Origin: Candidatus Nitrospira inopinata | Lineage (GTDB): Bacteria; Nitrospirota; Nitrospiria; Nitrospirales; Nitrospiraceae | Length of the DNA: 32,000 nt | Reading direction: 5' to 3' | Assembly: GCF_001458695.1 (NCBI RefSeq) | Contig: NZ_LN885086.1 | Location: forward strand, 2,490,001-2,522,000 | Shown here: positions 22,572 to 31,358 of the stretch, one piece after another | Position numbering within the stretch: position 1 is the stretch's first letter | How the letters are laid out: each line of letters starts with the position of its first letter | Made by a program: the position numbers and the translations under genes | The notes under the pieces: generated by a model | The model's input: the letters and a program-made list of their open reading frames with translations, nothing else | What the model was told of the DNA's origin: nothing | Database searches by the model: none

Positions 22572-23659
22572 CAGCGGCCCGTCTTAATAAAGAGAAAGAT
22601 CGTCGCCAGCGCAAAAATGAGAGTGGGCCCCCAGGCGCCGGCGAACGGACCGATCATCATGGTCGTCACCAGAAAGTCGAACGCGATGTTCAACAGGTAG
22701 AAGACGACGATCACCAGGACGCCGACGGCAAAACCGCCGATGCGCCCCGAGCGCTTGGAAACGATGCCCAGCGGCACTCCCAGAAGGCAGAACACCAACG
22801 AGGCGGCCGGGAAGGCGAGGTCTTTATAGTACTCCATCAATCGGCGGAGGCCCGTGGAATCCTTCTCGCCCCCTTCCCGAATCATGGTCATGATTTGTTC
22901 ATAGGTCGGCCGCTCTTCGGCCGCGGAATAGGCGCTATGGGCCAGACTCAGTTTGATGTCGTAATGGGTGAAAGAAACGAGGCGATATTGATCCATTCGA
23001 TCCGGACGGCTGTGAATGACGCCGTTGACCAAGCGCAGAGCCACTTGACTGCTTTCTTGATCCATGAACACATGGTATTCCTCCGCGACGATGATGCGAG
23101 GATCTTTGGGGGATCGGGCGTCCGACACGAAAATCCCGCTTCGGGGTCCACCGTCGGCGGAGTCCGGCACATAGATGACCATGCGTGGGATGGGTTCATT
23201 GAAGGTGCCCCGCTCCAAGGCCAGGACGAGCTGGTCTTTGAGGAGATTCAGGGCGACTTTTTTAAGATTCAGGGAACTCCAGGGTTGCCCCCATTGAGAG
23301 AGAAAGAGCGTCAGGCCGAAAACGGCCACGGCGAAGAGGGCCACGGGTTGTGATAAGCGAAAAAGACTGAGCCCCGCGGCCCGCATCGCAACGAGTTCTT
23401 TGTCGTACGATAATCGGCCGAAGGCGGTAATCGACGCGATCAAGCCCGCGATCGGAAGCGTCAAGACCAAGCCGGACGGCAGGAGCACGGCGATGACTTT
23501 CAGAACCGCCCAAATCCCCACTCCTTTCGAGACCAGCAGCTCGACCAACCGCAACAGCTCGCGGGTCAACATGACGAAACAGAGCGCCCCCAGACTCAAG
23601 CCGAACGGGGTGAGCAATTCGGTAAAAATATAACGATCCAGCAGGGTTCGTAGGATCAC
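22571..23659 (-). CDS. lptF: LPS export ABC permease LptF (YjgP/YjgQ family)
   Basis: The N-terminus is MILRTLLDRYIFTELLTPF, and the string ELVAMRAAGLSLFRL matches the family pattern. It is the first gene of the pair, as in the E. coli lptFG order. Confidence 0.85.
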   Translation of the reverse strand: MILRTLLDRYIFTELLTPFGLSLGALCFVMLTRELLRLVELLVSKGVGIWAVLKVIAVLLPSGLVLTLPIAGLIASITAFGRLSYDKELVAMRAAGLSLFRLSQPVALFAVAVFGLTLFLSQWGQPWSSLNLKKVALNLLKDQLVLALERGTFNEPIPRMVIYVPDSADGGPRSGIFVSDARSPKDPRIIVAEEYHVFMDQESSQVALRLVNGVIHSRPDRMDQYRLVSFTHYDIKLSLAHSAYSAAEERPTYEQIMTMIREGGEKDSTGLRRLMEYYKDLAFPAASLVFCLLGVPLGIVSKRSGRIGGFAVGVLVIVVFYLLNIAFDFLVTTMMIGPFAGAWGPTLIFALATIFLFIKTGR

Positions 23660-24000
23660 GAGATTATCTGCACGGGCGCTTCGGATGCTTAGGTGCTTAA
23701 GATTTAATAAGAGATTGGGGCGCGACGACGGACACTATACGGTGATGTCCGCCTCCTTGTAAATATCGCGGAAATATCCGATCGGCCCAAGAATCGCTTG
23801 ACAGAAATGATCCTCTATGTTACACCGCACCGCGACTTCTATCCCAAGATGGGGCTCCGTGACAGATACAACGCGCGTGAAGGTGCCCGTCGATTTTTCC
23901 AGCCAGGTCCGGTCTCTCGTCCACGTCATGTCCCATCCCCGAAGGGTTTTGCAGTCAGCAGGTCCGCTCGCATGTGGGCCTTAAGGAAAGGAGGCGGTTC

Positions 24001-24219
24001 GTGAAGACGAAAGGAACGGTCAAGTGGTTCAACGATCGGAAAGGGTTCGGGTTCATCCGTCTTGAGAGCGGAGAAGACGTGTTTGTCCACTATTCGGCGC
24101 TGCAGGGGGAAGGGTTCAAAACCTTGAAAGAAGGCGAAAACGTCGAATTTGATATCGTCCAAGGCGCAAAAGGACCGCAAGCCGCCAACGTGCTGAGGTC
24201 GGCCGTCGCCTCCTCCTGA
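24001..24219 (+). CDS. cspA: cold-shock domain protein (CspA family)
   Basis: GTG 24001 is preceded by AAGGAAAGGAGG. RNP1 is KGFGFI and RNP2 is VFVHYS. The track start at 23974 adds 9 unlikely residues. Confidence 0.9.
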   Translation: MKTKGTVKWFNDRKGFGFIRLESGEDVFVHYSALQGEGFKTLKEGENVEFDIVQGAKGPQAANVLRSAVASS

Positions 24220-24343
24220 CAGTCGTTTTCCTGCTTTTTACGGCGGGTTCGCTTCCGTTCCGGGAGAGGATCCGCCGTGCCCGCTCAATCATTCGATCCG
24301 CTTTTTGCCCATTTTCTAGACAAAACCACCTAGGACTGTTAGC

Positions 24344-26317
24344 GTGTTCATGTTCGTGACGGGGAGGTGCGTCTTGCCATTGGACCGCGGCAAAGTGCTT
24401 CAACAGGCCCAACTGCTCGCGTCGCGTGGACAGTATGAGCATGCGGTGGGCGAGTGGAAAAAACTGGCCGCCGAAGCGCCGCACGACGGGAGCATTCACA
24501 ATTCCATCGGAGATCTGCATCTCAAGCGCAATGCCATGACCGAAGCGGTTGCGTCCTTTCTCAAGGCGGCGGAAGCGTTCAGAGGGGAGGGGGCCACGCT
24601 CAAGGCGATCGCCGCCTACAAGAAGGTCCTCAAGTGCGACCCGACCAAATACGAAATCCATCAACAGTTGGGCGATTTGAATGCGGAACGCGGCCTCGTC
24701 GGCAGCGCCGTGCAAGATTATCTCACGGCGGCCAAACACTTTCTCAAGGCGCACAAGCCGAAAGAAGCGCTGGCGCTCTACCGGAAAATTGTAAAACTTG
24801 ACCCGTCGAACTTGAACGCGCAGCAGCGCATCGCCGAACTCTGTCTTCAAGACAATCAACAAGAGGAAGCGACAAGGGTGTATTTGCAACTGGCGCGGGA
24901 ACGTTCCGCCCAGGGACGGCATGAAGAAGCAAAAGAGGCGTATCAAGCCGTGCTCACGATCGATCCCCAGAACGGCGAAGCGGCGCAATACGTCGAGAGC
25001 TGCAAGAGCGGGAAATTCGGTTCGATTGCGTTGCAAAGGTCCAAGGACGCGGGAGTCCCGCTGCGACCGTCCGATCCGCTCGGCCAACTGGCCGAGGTGG
25101 TCAGAAGGATGGACGACGGGCAGTATGACGGCGCCGAGGCCATTTTAAATCAAATGCTCTCGCGCGAACCGGGCAATCCGCAGGTCTGTCAGTTGCTGGC
25201 CCGTCTCCATCTCCAACGGGGAGATCTCCAGGTCGCGCTGGGGGAGTATCGGTTTCTGGCCGGCGCGGCCTTGCGCGCGCAGGATTTCTGTCTGGCGGAA
25301 TCCCTCATTACGGAGTTCTTGTCGCAGCAACCCGACTCCGTGCCGTTATTGGAACTGTACGGAGAACTGTATGAAGAGCAAAATGATCCTGCATCGGCGG
25401 CGCTGCAATACGCCAAAGCGATCGAGCTGTTGCTGGCGCATCCCGAGCCGGGTATGGAGGGGTACCACGAAGAACTGTTTGAAAAAGTCCGATCGCTGTC
25501 GCCGGACAAAGAGTTGGTCGAGCGGCTTGCGGGGAGGATACGGGGAGAGTCCCCCGCGACTCACGACTCCGCGTCCGCTCATGAAGAGCCGGGGACCGAC
25601 AATGGCGCGATGCCTATCCTGGCCGAGAAATCGAAAGAATTCGAAAAATCCACGGTCGGTGAGAAGAAACCGACCGACCAGGAGTCGGAGCCGGTTCCAA
25701 CGCCTTCCGTTTCAATTCAATTGATCCCATCGAGAGGAAAAAGCGATGGAGAGGGAGTAAACGGAGCCTGTCCGGCCGAGGAGACACTGTTTTCGCGATC
25801 AGATCCTTTCCCAAGGAATGAGTCGGAAAAGACCGGCTTCACGGCCGGAACCGCTCCCTTGCGACTATGTGACGGGATTGAAGGCTCCATGCCGGATGCC
25901 CTGCCATCGCTTCCTCCATCGAGCGCCCCCGATTATGAAGCGCATTTCATGTTGGGCGTCGCCTACAAAAACATGGGACTGTATCCCGAAGCACGGGAAG
26001 AATTTGACGTCTCGCGGAAGGCGGACACCTATTACCTCGACTCCTGCCTCATGGCGGCCCTCTGTTTCAAGGAAGAAAATCGATTGGCGGAAGCCATTCA
26101 CGAGCTTGAAACACTGTTGGCCGACTCTCGGTGCCGAGGAGCCAAAGCGCAAGCCATTCGGTACGAATTGGGCGTGCTCTATGAAGCGGATACCCAGTGG
26201 GAGAAAGCGACGGCCGCGTTTGAAGCTATTCCATCGTTCCACGATGTACCGGAACGATTGGCGACGCTCAAGCGCAGGGCCCGCTCTTTGGTCGGGAACC
26301 GCCTGTCAACCGCTTAG
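24344..26317 (+). CDS. tetratricopeptide-repeat protein with central acidic/Pro-rich disordered segment
   Basis: Multiple 34-aa TPR-like units are visible, e.g. AIAAYKKVLKCDPTKYEIHQQLGDL, ALALYRKIVKLDPSNLNAQQRIAEL, AKEAYQAVLTIDPQNGEA. The C-terminal TPRs include HFMLGVAYKNMGLYPEAREEF. The start is ambiguous: GTG 24344, ATG 24350 or GTG 24356. Confidence 0.75.
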   Translation: MFMFVTGRCVLPLDRGKVLQQAQLLASRGQYEHAVGEWKKLAAEAPHDGSIHNSIGDLHLKRNAMTEAVASFLKAAEAFRGEGATLKAIAAYKKVLKCDPTKYEIHQQLGDLNAERGLVGSAVQDYLTAAKHFLKAHKPKEALALYRKIVKLDPSNLNAQQRIAELCLQDNQQEEATRVYLQLARERSAQGRHEEAKEAYQAVLTIDPQNGEAAQYVESCKSGKFGSIALQRSKDAGVPLRPSDPLGQLAEVVRRMDDGQYDGAEAILNQMLSREPGNPQVCQLLARLHLQRGDLQVALGEYRFLAGAALRAQDFCLAESLITEFLSQQPDSVPLLELYGELYEEQNDPASAALQYAKAIELLLAHPEPGMEGYHEELFEKVRSLSPDKELVERLAGRIRGESPATHDSASAHEEPGTDNGAMPILAEKSKEFEKSTVGEKKPTDQESEPVPTPSVSIQLIPSRGKSDGEGVNGACPAEETLFSRSDPFPRNESEKTGFTAGTAPLRLCDGIEGSMPDALPSLPPSSAPDYEAHFMLGVAYKNMGLYPEAREEFDVSRKADTYYLDSCLMAALCFKEENRLAEAIHELETLLADSRCRGAKAQAIRYELGVLYEADTQWEKATAAFEAIPSFHDVPERLATLKRRARSLVGNRLSTA

Positions 26318-26374
26318 CGAATTGTGCGACAAAGAGCCAATCGTGCCGGCCGGAGTCCGTGCCCCTGAAGCTTC

Positions 26375-27334
26375 TTAGAAAATCCGGTTGGGGGCGAGCC
26401 TGCCGTTCAGCACCGCCTCGATATTGTCGAGGCAAATTCTTCCCATCCGAATACGGGTCTCCAACGTTGCCGATCCCAAATGAGGCAGCAGCACGACGTT
26501 CGGCAATTCGACCAGGCCGGGATGGACGAGAGGTTCCTGTTCATAGACGTCCAATCCCGCTCCGGCGATAGTGCCGGCCTTGAGAGCCGACACGAGGGCC
26601 TCTTCATCCACCACCGGTCCACGAGCGGTATTGATGAGAACGGCGGTCGGTTTCATGAGACTCAGTTCGCGAGCGCCGATCAGGTGGCGGGTTGCCTCGG
26701 TGAGCGGCACGTGGAGCGAGACAAAGTCGGCCTCGGTCAGCACTTCATCGAGCGGGCGACGTTCCCACGAAAGGCCGGGAGGAGGCGCAACCGTTCGGCG
26801 ACTCTCGTACAGCACCCGCATGCGGAATCCCTGAGCCCGCTGAGCGACGGCCTGACCGATCCGTCCCATGCCGATGATGCCCAAGGTCTTGCCTGTCACG
26901 TCGGCTCCCAGCAATTGGGTGGGCGCCCAGCCCAACCAGGTGCCGGTCCGCACCCACTGGTCTCCTTCCACCACCCGCCGCGCCACGGCCATCATCAAGG
27001 CCCAGGCGAGGTCCGCCGTCGCGTCCGTAAGCACATCCGGCGTATTGGTGACGACGATGCCACGGGCCTTGGCGGCGGCGAGATCGATGTTGTTGTATCC
27101 GACAGCGTAATTGGCCAGGATCTTCAGTTTCGTGGCGTGGCCCAGCAGATCCGCATCGATCGAGTCGCTGAGCATACAGATGACCGCGTCGGATTCGGCA
27201 AAGCCGGCACGAAGGTCTTCCGCCGTCGGGATAGCATCCTCGGCCGGCTCGGCCACCAGACGGTACCGTTCGCGGAGGGTAGCCATGATAGGGGAGGGCA
27301 GCAGGCGGGTGACATACAGGGTTGGAAGCGCCAT
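26375..27334 (-). CDS. D-isomer-specific 2-hydroxyacid dehydrogenase (glyoxylate/hydroxypyruvate reductase-like)
   Basis: I chose ATG 27334 as the start (MALPTLYVTRLLP...). The NAD-binding motif is GKTLGIIGMGRIGQAVAQRA, and the catalytic region includes NTARGPVVDEEAL and PHLGSAT. The 96-aa N-terminal extension in the track ORF was rejected. Confidence 0.85.
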   Translation of the reverse strand: MALPTLYVTRLLPSPIMATLRERYRLVAEPAEDAIPTAEDLRAGFAESDAVICMLSDSIDADLLGHATKLKILANYAVGYNNIDLAAAKARGIVVTNTPDVLTDATADLAWALMMAVARRVVEGDQWVRTGTWLGWAPTQLLGADVTGKTLGIIGMGRIGQAVAQRAQGFRMRVLYESRRTVAPPPGLSWERRPLDEVLTEADFVSLHVPLTEATRHLIGARELSLMKPTAVLINTARGPVVDEEALVSALKAGTIAGAGLDVYEQEPLVHPGLVELPNVVLLPHLGSATLETRIRMGRICLDNIEAVLNGRLAPNRIF

Positions 27335-27476
27335 CAAAGTCTCGTCCGTTCGTCGCTGATCGATGAGGCCAATGTGGCGAGAGCCTAGAGACCCTTGGTC
27401 AACCAAGTCAAGCAGTGAAATCTTCCTGCTCACAACCGAGACTCTGTCGCCGTCCACACGAATGAGGTCGTGTCCG

Positions 27477-27752
27477 TCAGAGACGTTTGTATCCGTAGAG
27501 CCACCGGGATGTGGTGGCACCCCGGTTACGGACACTGTGCCGGGCCTTGGCGGGAATGAAGAGTTCTTCACCCACGGCCGGATGATAGATCCGACCGGCG
27601 ATTTCGAATTCCACCTCACCATCGAGGACCATCACCAGCTCGTCCACGTCATGGACATAGTCTTCCCATACCTGGCCTGGCGGATCGATCCACACCTCGC
27701 AGCTAAACCCACGAGATTGCCACTTGTGTCGTATGGTATCCAGATTGACCAT
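27477..27752 (-). CDS. small cupin-domain protein
   Basis: It is 91 aa. The pattern YVHDVDELVMVLDGEVEFEIAG...GEELFIPAKARHSVRN fits a single cupin barrel. Confidence 0.7.
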   Translation of the reverse strand: MVNLDTIRHKWQSRGFSCEVWIDPPGQVWEDYVHDVDELVMVLDGEVEFEIAGRIYHPAVGEELFIPAKARHSVRNRGATTSRWLYGYKRL

Positions 27753-27953
27753 TCCACCTACTCTTTTTAGGTAGCGAGGAGCCAGGAGAATTGCAAGGGG
27801 GTGAGAGGTTCAACCGGCCAGCCTCTCCCACTACGATGGCGAGACATTCACCGTCACCGTGATGATGAACAAGGCTGTTGCCGAGATATGGGCGCGGCCC
27901 GTCATGGATAAAAACGAGCTGCGCTCGCCCGCTGGCGGTTGTTTTGGGCACCC

Positions 27954-27962
27954 TGCTAGAAT
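27954..27962 (+). promoter_or_regulatory. possible extended -10 promoter element TGcTAGAAT
   Basis: tgctagaat matches TGnTATAAT at 8 of 9 positions and ends 24 nt upstream of ATG 27987. No good -35 element lies at proper spacing, and no obvious SD follows. Confidence 0.25.
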
Positions 27963-27986
27963 GCGCGCACGATTCCCACGACGCCC

Positions 27987-30869
27987 ATGACCGCGCCGAC
28001 CCTCATTCTTCCCGAACGATCCCGCGCCATCGCCGCTGACCTGCGGGCCCAACTCGGCTCCGACAAGGTCAAGGACGACCGTCCGACGATCACCGCCTAC
28101 GCAGTGGATGCCGGCATCTATCGCATCGAGCCCAAGGCCGTTGTACTGGTCGAATCGGAGGACGACATCGCCACGACGGTTCGCTATGCCGCCACCCATG
28201 GCATTCCGCTCACGCCTCGCGCTGCCGGCACCAACTTGACCGGCTCGGCGATCGGCTCCGGCATCATTCTTGACGTGTCGCGCATGAACCGGCTTCTGGA
28301 AGTCAATCGCGACGAATTATGGGCCAGGGTCCAGCCTGGCATCGTGCTGGCGGAACTCAACAAACAGTTGGCCAGACAGGGCCTCTTGTTTGGTCCCGAT
28401 CCGTCCAGCGGTGACATGTGCAAACTGGGCGGGATGTTGGCCAACAATTCAGCCGGCCCCCACACCCTTCGATATGGATCGGTGAAGGACAATGTTCATC
28501 GGCTGCGGATGTGCCTGGTCTCCGGCACCTGGCTGGATGCGCGAGCGTATCGTCTGGACGATCAGGCCTTGACACTGCTCTTGGCCACTATCCAGTCCCT
28601 TCAGGATGTCTTGACCCTTGTTCAAACCCACGCCGATCTCATTCGCGCGAAGAAACCCACGGTCAGCAAGAACAGTTGCGGCTATAACCTCTTCGGGCTG
28701 GCCGATGGGCTGGCGCAGGGCCTGTTCGACCTTCCCAAACTGCTGGTCGGGAGCGAGGGAACGTTGGGGGTGATCAGCGAGGCCACGATTCAACTGGCTC
28801 ACAAGCCCAAGGCCACGTTAACGGGGCTGATTCATTTTCGGCGATTGGAGGAGGTGGGGGAGGCGGTTCCGCTCCTGTTGGATTTACGGCCCAGTGCACT
28901 CGAAGTGATGGACGCCAACACGCTGGATCTGATCGGCCGATCCACGCATGGAATCCCATCCGATGCGGCCGCCACGTTGCTGATCGAGCTGGACGCCGAT
29001 TCCGCGGATCGTGATCTCTCGGAGCAGGCCGATCGCATGGCCCAGGCCTGCCGGGTGTTTCAGCTCTCGGCGCCGATCGCCTTGGCCTTTGATCAAGAGC
29101 GGCGCGAGCAACTCTGGAAGGCTCGGAAGGCCCTCTATCCCACACTCTATCGCTACGATCCACGAAAGAAGCCGATCAACTTCGTCGATGACGTTGTAGT
29201 CCGGGCCGACCGGATCAGTGAATTGATCCAGTACCTCGAAACCTTCTTCGCCGGCCAGCGAGTGCCGGTGGCGATCTTCGGCCACATCGGAAACGGCAAC
29301 GCTCACATTGTACCGCTGTTGAACGTTAATGATTCCAATGATTTCGAGAAGATGGTTCAAGCGTATCATGATATCCATTCGACCGTGCTCACACGATTCG
29401 GGGGCTCGATCTGTGGCGAACATGGAGATGGGCGCATCAGGGCCGAATATGTTCGGAAGATGTTCGGCGAGGAACTGTACGAGTTGTTCGTGCAGGTGAA
29501 ACGGGCCTTCGATCCGGGCAACATCTTAAACCCCGGCATCAAGATCAGCGACCGGCCGTTCACGGACCATATCGACTACACCAGGCTATCGAAATCCTGT
29601 GCCACCTGCGCCAAGTGCAATTCGGTCTGTCCCGTGTACGATGTCTTTCAGTCCGAGGACATGAGCGCCCGAGGCTGGTTTGAGATCGTGACGGCCGCCG
29701 ATTACAGTTACTTGAACTCCAAACGGGTCGTGGAGGCCTGTCTGAACTGCAAATCCTGCCGGACGATCTGTCCGGCCGGGGTGGATGTTTCAGACCTCAT
29801 TTTGAAAAAACGGGCCGAACAGCCTAACGAATTGACCGGCTTGATCTTTCGCTGGCATGCACGTGGTGCATCGTTTGAGTGGATGTTGCGGTGGCTGGGG
29901 AAGACTCAGCCACTCTGGGATCGCCCGCTGCTGCGGCGATTGTTGGAATGGATCACGAAACCGGTCATGAGACGAGTGGCGTCCACGGCTCGGATTCCGC
30001 GTGAGCTGGTGTTGCCGAAGCTTGCGTCGCGACAGTTACGGGACCGATATGCGTCTCTCATTCCACCGGCTGAGGCGACGTCACCGGGCGGTGTCGCCTA
30101 TTTTCACGGCTGCGCGGCCAATTATTTCGACGATGGCGTTGGGGACGCTGTCATCGCCGTCTTGCGCAAACACGGGGTGGAGCCGGCCCTGCCGCCGCAA
30201 CGGTGTTCGGGTACACCGATTCAAACCTATGGTCACGAAGAACTGGTCCGCGAGAGCGCCCGGTTTAATCTCACCTCCTTGGCGTCCTACGACACGGTGG
30301 TGACCGGCTGCGCCTCCTGTACCCTCATGCTCAAGGACTATCCGACTCTCTTTGCCGATGGAGAAGAACGGCGACAGGCGGAGGCTTTGGCGAAGAAAGT
30401 GATGCATATTACAGAGTTCGTGGCCCGCTCCACCGTTCAACCTCCAATGGGCGCCGTGGGCGATGGAACGGGCGTGACCGTGACCTACCATTCGTCCTGC
30501 CACTTGCGGGCCGCCGGTGTGACGAAGGAGCCGAGGAAACTCTTGGCCTCATTGCCGGGCGCGCGGTTTGTCGAGATGGCGGACGCAGACCGGTGCGCCG
30601 GCGGGGCGGGGACCTACGTGGTGAAGGACTACGACACCTCGCAAAGGATTTTTTCAAGGAAGGCCCGCGCCATCGAACAGACGGGCGCGAACGTGGTGGC
30701 GACCAGTTGTCCGGCCTGCATGATCCAGCTTGCCAATGGCTTGCGGGGACGAGCCACGGTCAAACACGTGGCGCAGCTTCTTCAAGACGCCTACCAAGCA
30801 GCCGGGGAGACAGAGCCCAAGGCGGATCACGGCCAGGTCCCGGGCGATTCCACGAAGAATGAGCGGTAA
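27987..30869 (+). CDS. fused FAD-linked oxidase (GlcD-like) / 2x[4Fe-4S] / CCG-domain (GlcF-like) oxidoreductase, YdiJ-like
   Basis: The N-terminal FAD_binding_4 pattern is VVLVESEDDIATTVRYAATHGIPLTPRAAGTNLTGSAIG. An FAD-oxidase C-terminal domain follows. Ferredoxin motifs are CATCAKCNSVCPV and CLNCKSCRTICPAG. Two CCG-type Cys-rich domains are present (FHGCAANYF, CSGTP, YHSSCHLR, DRCAGGAG, TSCPACMIQL). The ~960-aa architecture is that of E. coli YdiJ-type D-2-hydroxyacid dehydrogenases. Confidence 0.85.
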   Translation: MTAPTLILPERSRAIAADLRAQLGSDKVKDDRPTITAYAVDAGIYRIEPKAVVLVESEDDIATTVRYAATHGIPLTPRAAGTNLTGSAIGSGIILDVSRMNRLLEVNRDELWARVQPGIVLAELNKQLARQGLLFGPDPSSGDMCKLGGMLANNSAGPHTLRYGSVKDNVHRLRMCLVSGTWLDARAYRLDDQALTLLLATIQSLQDVLTLVQTHADLIRAKKPTVSKNSCGYNLFGLADGLAQGLFDLPKLLVGSEGTLGVISEATIQLAHKPKATLTGLIHFRRLEEVGEAVPLLLDLRPSALEVMDANTLDLIGRSTHGIPSDAAATLLIELDADSADRDLSEQADRMAQACRVFQLSAPIALAFDQERREQLWKARKALYPTLYRYDPRKKPINFVDDVVVRADRISELIQYLETFFAGQRVPVAIFGHIGNGNAHIVPLLNVNDSNDFEKMVQAYHDIHSTVLTRFGGSICGEHGDGRIRAEYVRKMFGEELYELFVQVKRAFDPGNILNPGIKISDRPFTDHIDYTRLSKSCATCAKCNSVCPVYDVFQSEDMSARGWFEIVTAADYSYLNSKRVVEACLNCKSCRTICPAGVDVSDLILKKRAEQPNELTGLIFRWHARGASFEWMLRWLGKTQPLWDRPLLRRLLEWITKPVMRRVASTARIPRELVLPKLASRQLRDRYASLIPPAEATSPGGVAYFHGCAANYFDDGVGDAVIAVLRKHGVEPALPPQRCSGTPIQTYGHEELVRESARFNLTSLASYDTVVTGCASCTLMLKDYPTLFADGEERRQAEALAKKVMHITEFVARSTVQPPMGAVGDGTGVTVTYHSSCHLRAAGVTKEPRKLLASLPGARFVEMADADRCAGGAGTYVVKDYDTSQRIFSRKARAIEQTGANVVATSCPACMIQLANGLRGRATVKHVAQLLQDAYQAAGETEPKADHGQVPGDSTKNER

Positions 30870-30890
30870 ACGACAAGGGTGCTTCTGCCT

Positions 30891-31169
30891 ATGGTGACGA
30901 TCGTGGTGCTTGGCCATACCCTGCGCGAAGCTGTGGGGGCCGGTGAGATCGAGATCGACATTCTCGGGCCGACGACCATCAAACAACTGATCGAGACACA
31001 TCAAGACCGGCTGGGCGGGTTGCTTCCCTACCTTGTTCGGCGGGAAGCGCTGATTACGATCAACAAGCGGGTCGGGACGGAAGATTCCATGATCAGGAAC
31101 GGCGACGTCGTGAAATTCGCCTTTCAGTCCCGTGCCTCCTACGACGGTACCAGAGACATTCCGGTTTGA
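30891..31169 (+). CDS. MoaD/ThiS-like beta-grasp small protein lacking C-terminal Gly-Gly
   Basis: MVTIVVLGHTLREAVGAGEIEIDI...IKQLIE...ITINKRVG...IRNGDVVKF follows the MoaD/ThiS layout by eye. It ends ...SYDGTRDIPV with no GG. I prefer ATG 30891 over the track's GTG 30879. Confidence 0.45.
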   Translation: MVTIVVLGHTLREAVGAGEIEIDILGPTTIKQLIETHQDRLGGLLPYLVRREALITINKRVGTEDSMIRNGDVVKFAFQSRASYDGTRDIPV

Positions 31170-31358
31170 CCGAAGCCGTCCTTCCATCTCAAGCATCCAC
31201 TCTCAGCAGACACTCTGAGCGACGGGTCGAAAGATCCAAAGTTCTCTTGGAGGAAGATTTTCATGGTCCGGTCAGCCGCTCTCACCCCGACAACCTATTG
31301 AGCTCTGTGAATACGTACAACCTCTCCGTGCCGTTCGGGTCGTTGGATGGCGCGGGCA

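Noticed and set aside
21264-22700. A 478-aa plus-strand ORF, the longest unexplained ORF in the track
   Set aside because: It lies entirely antisense to lptG and the 3' end of lptF, both of which have clear family signatures. Its translation is Arg/Asp/Gly/Gln-rich low complexity with no recognisable motif. This is a typical stop-free shadow frame in GC-rich DNA.
24116-25087. A 323-aa minus-strand ORF
   Set aside because: It is antisense to the csp 3' end and the TPR gene. Its sequence is Arg/Leu-rich and not protein-like, whereas the plus strand carries clear TPR periodicity.
27335-27622. A 96-aa N-terminal extension of the 2-hydroxyacid dehydrogenase ORF
   Set aside because: It would overlap the cupin gene. 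Family proteins are about 320 aa and begin near MALPTLYVTR, so ATG 27334 was chosen.
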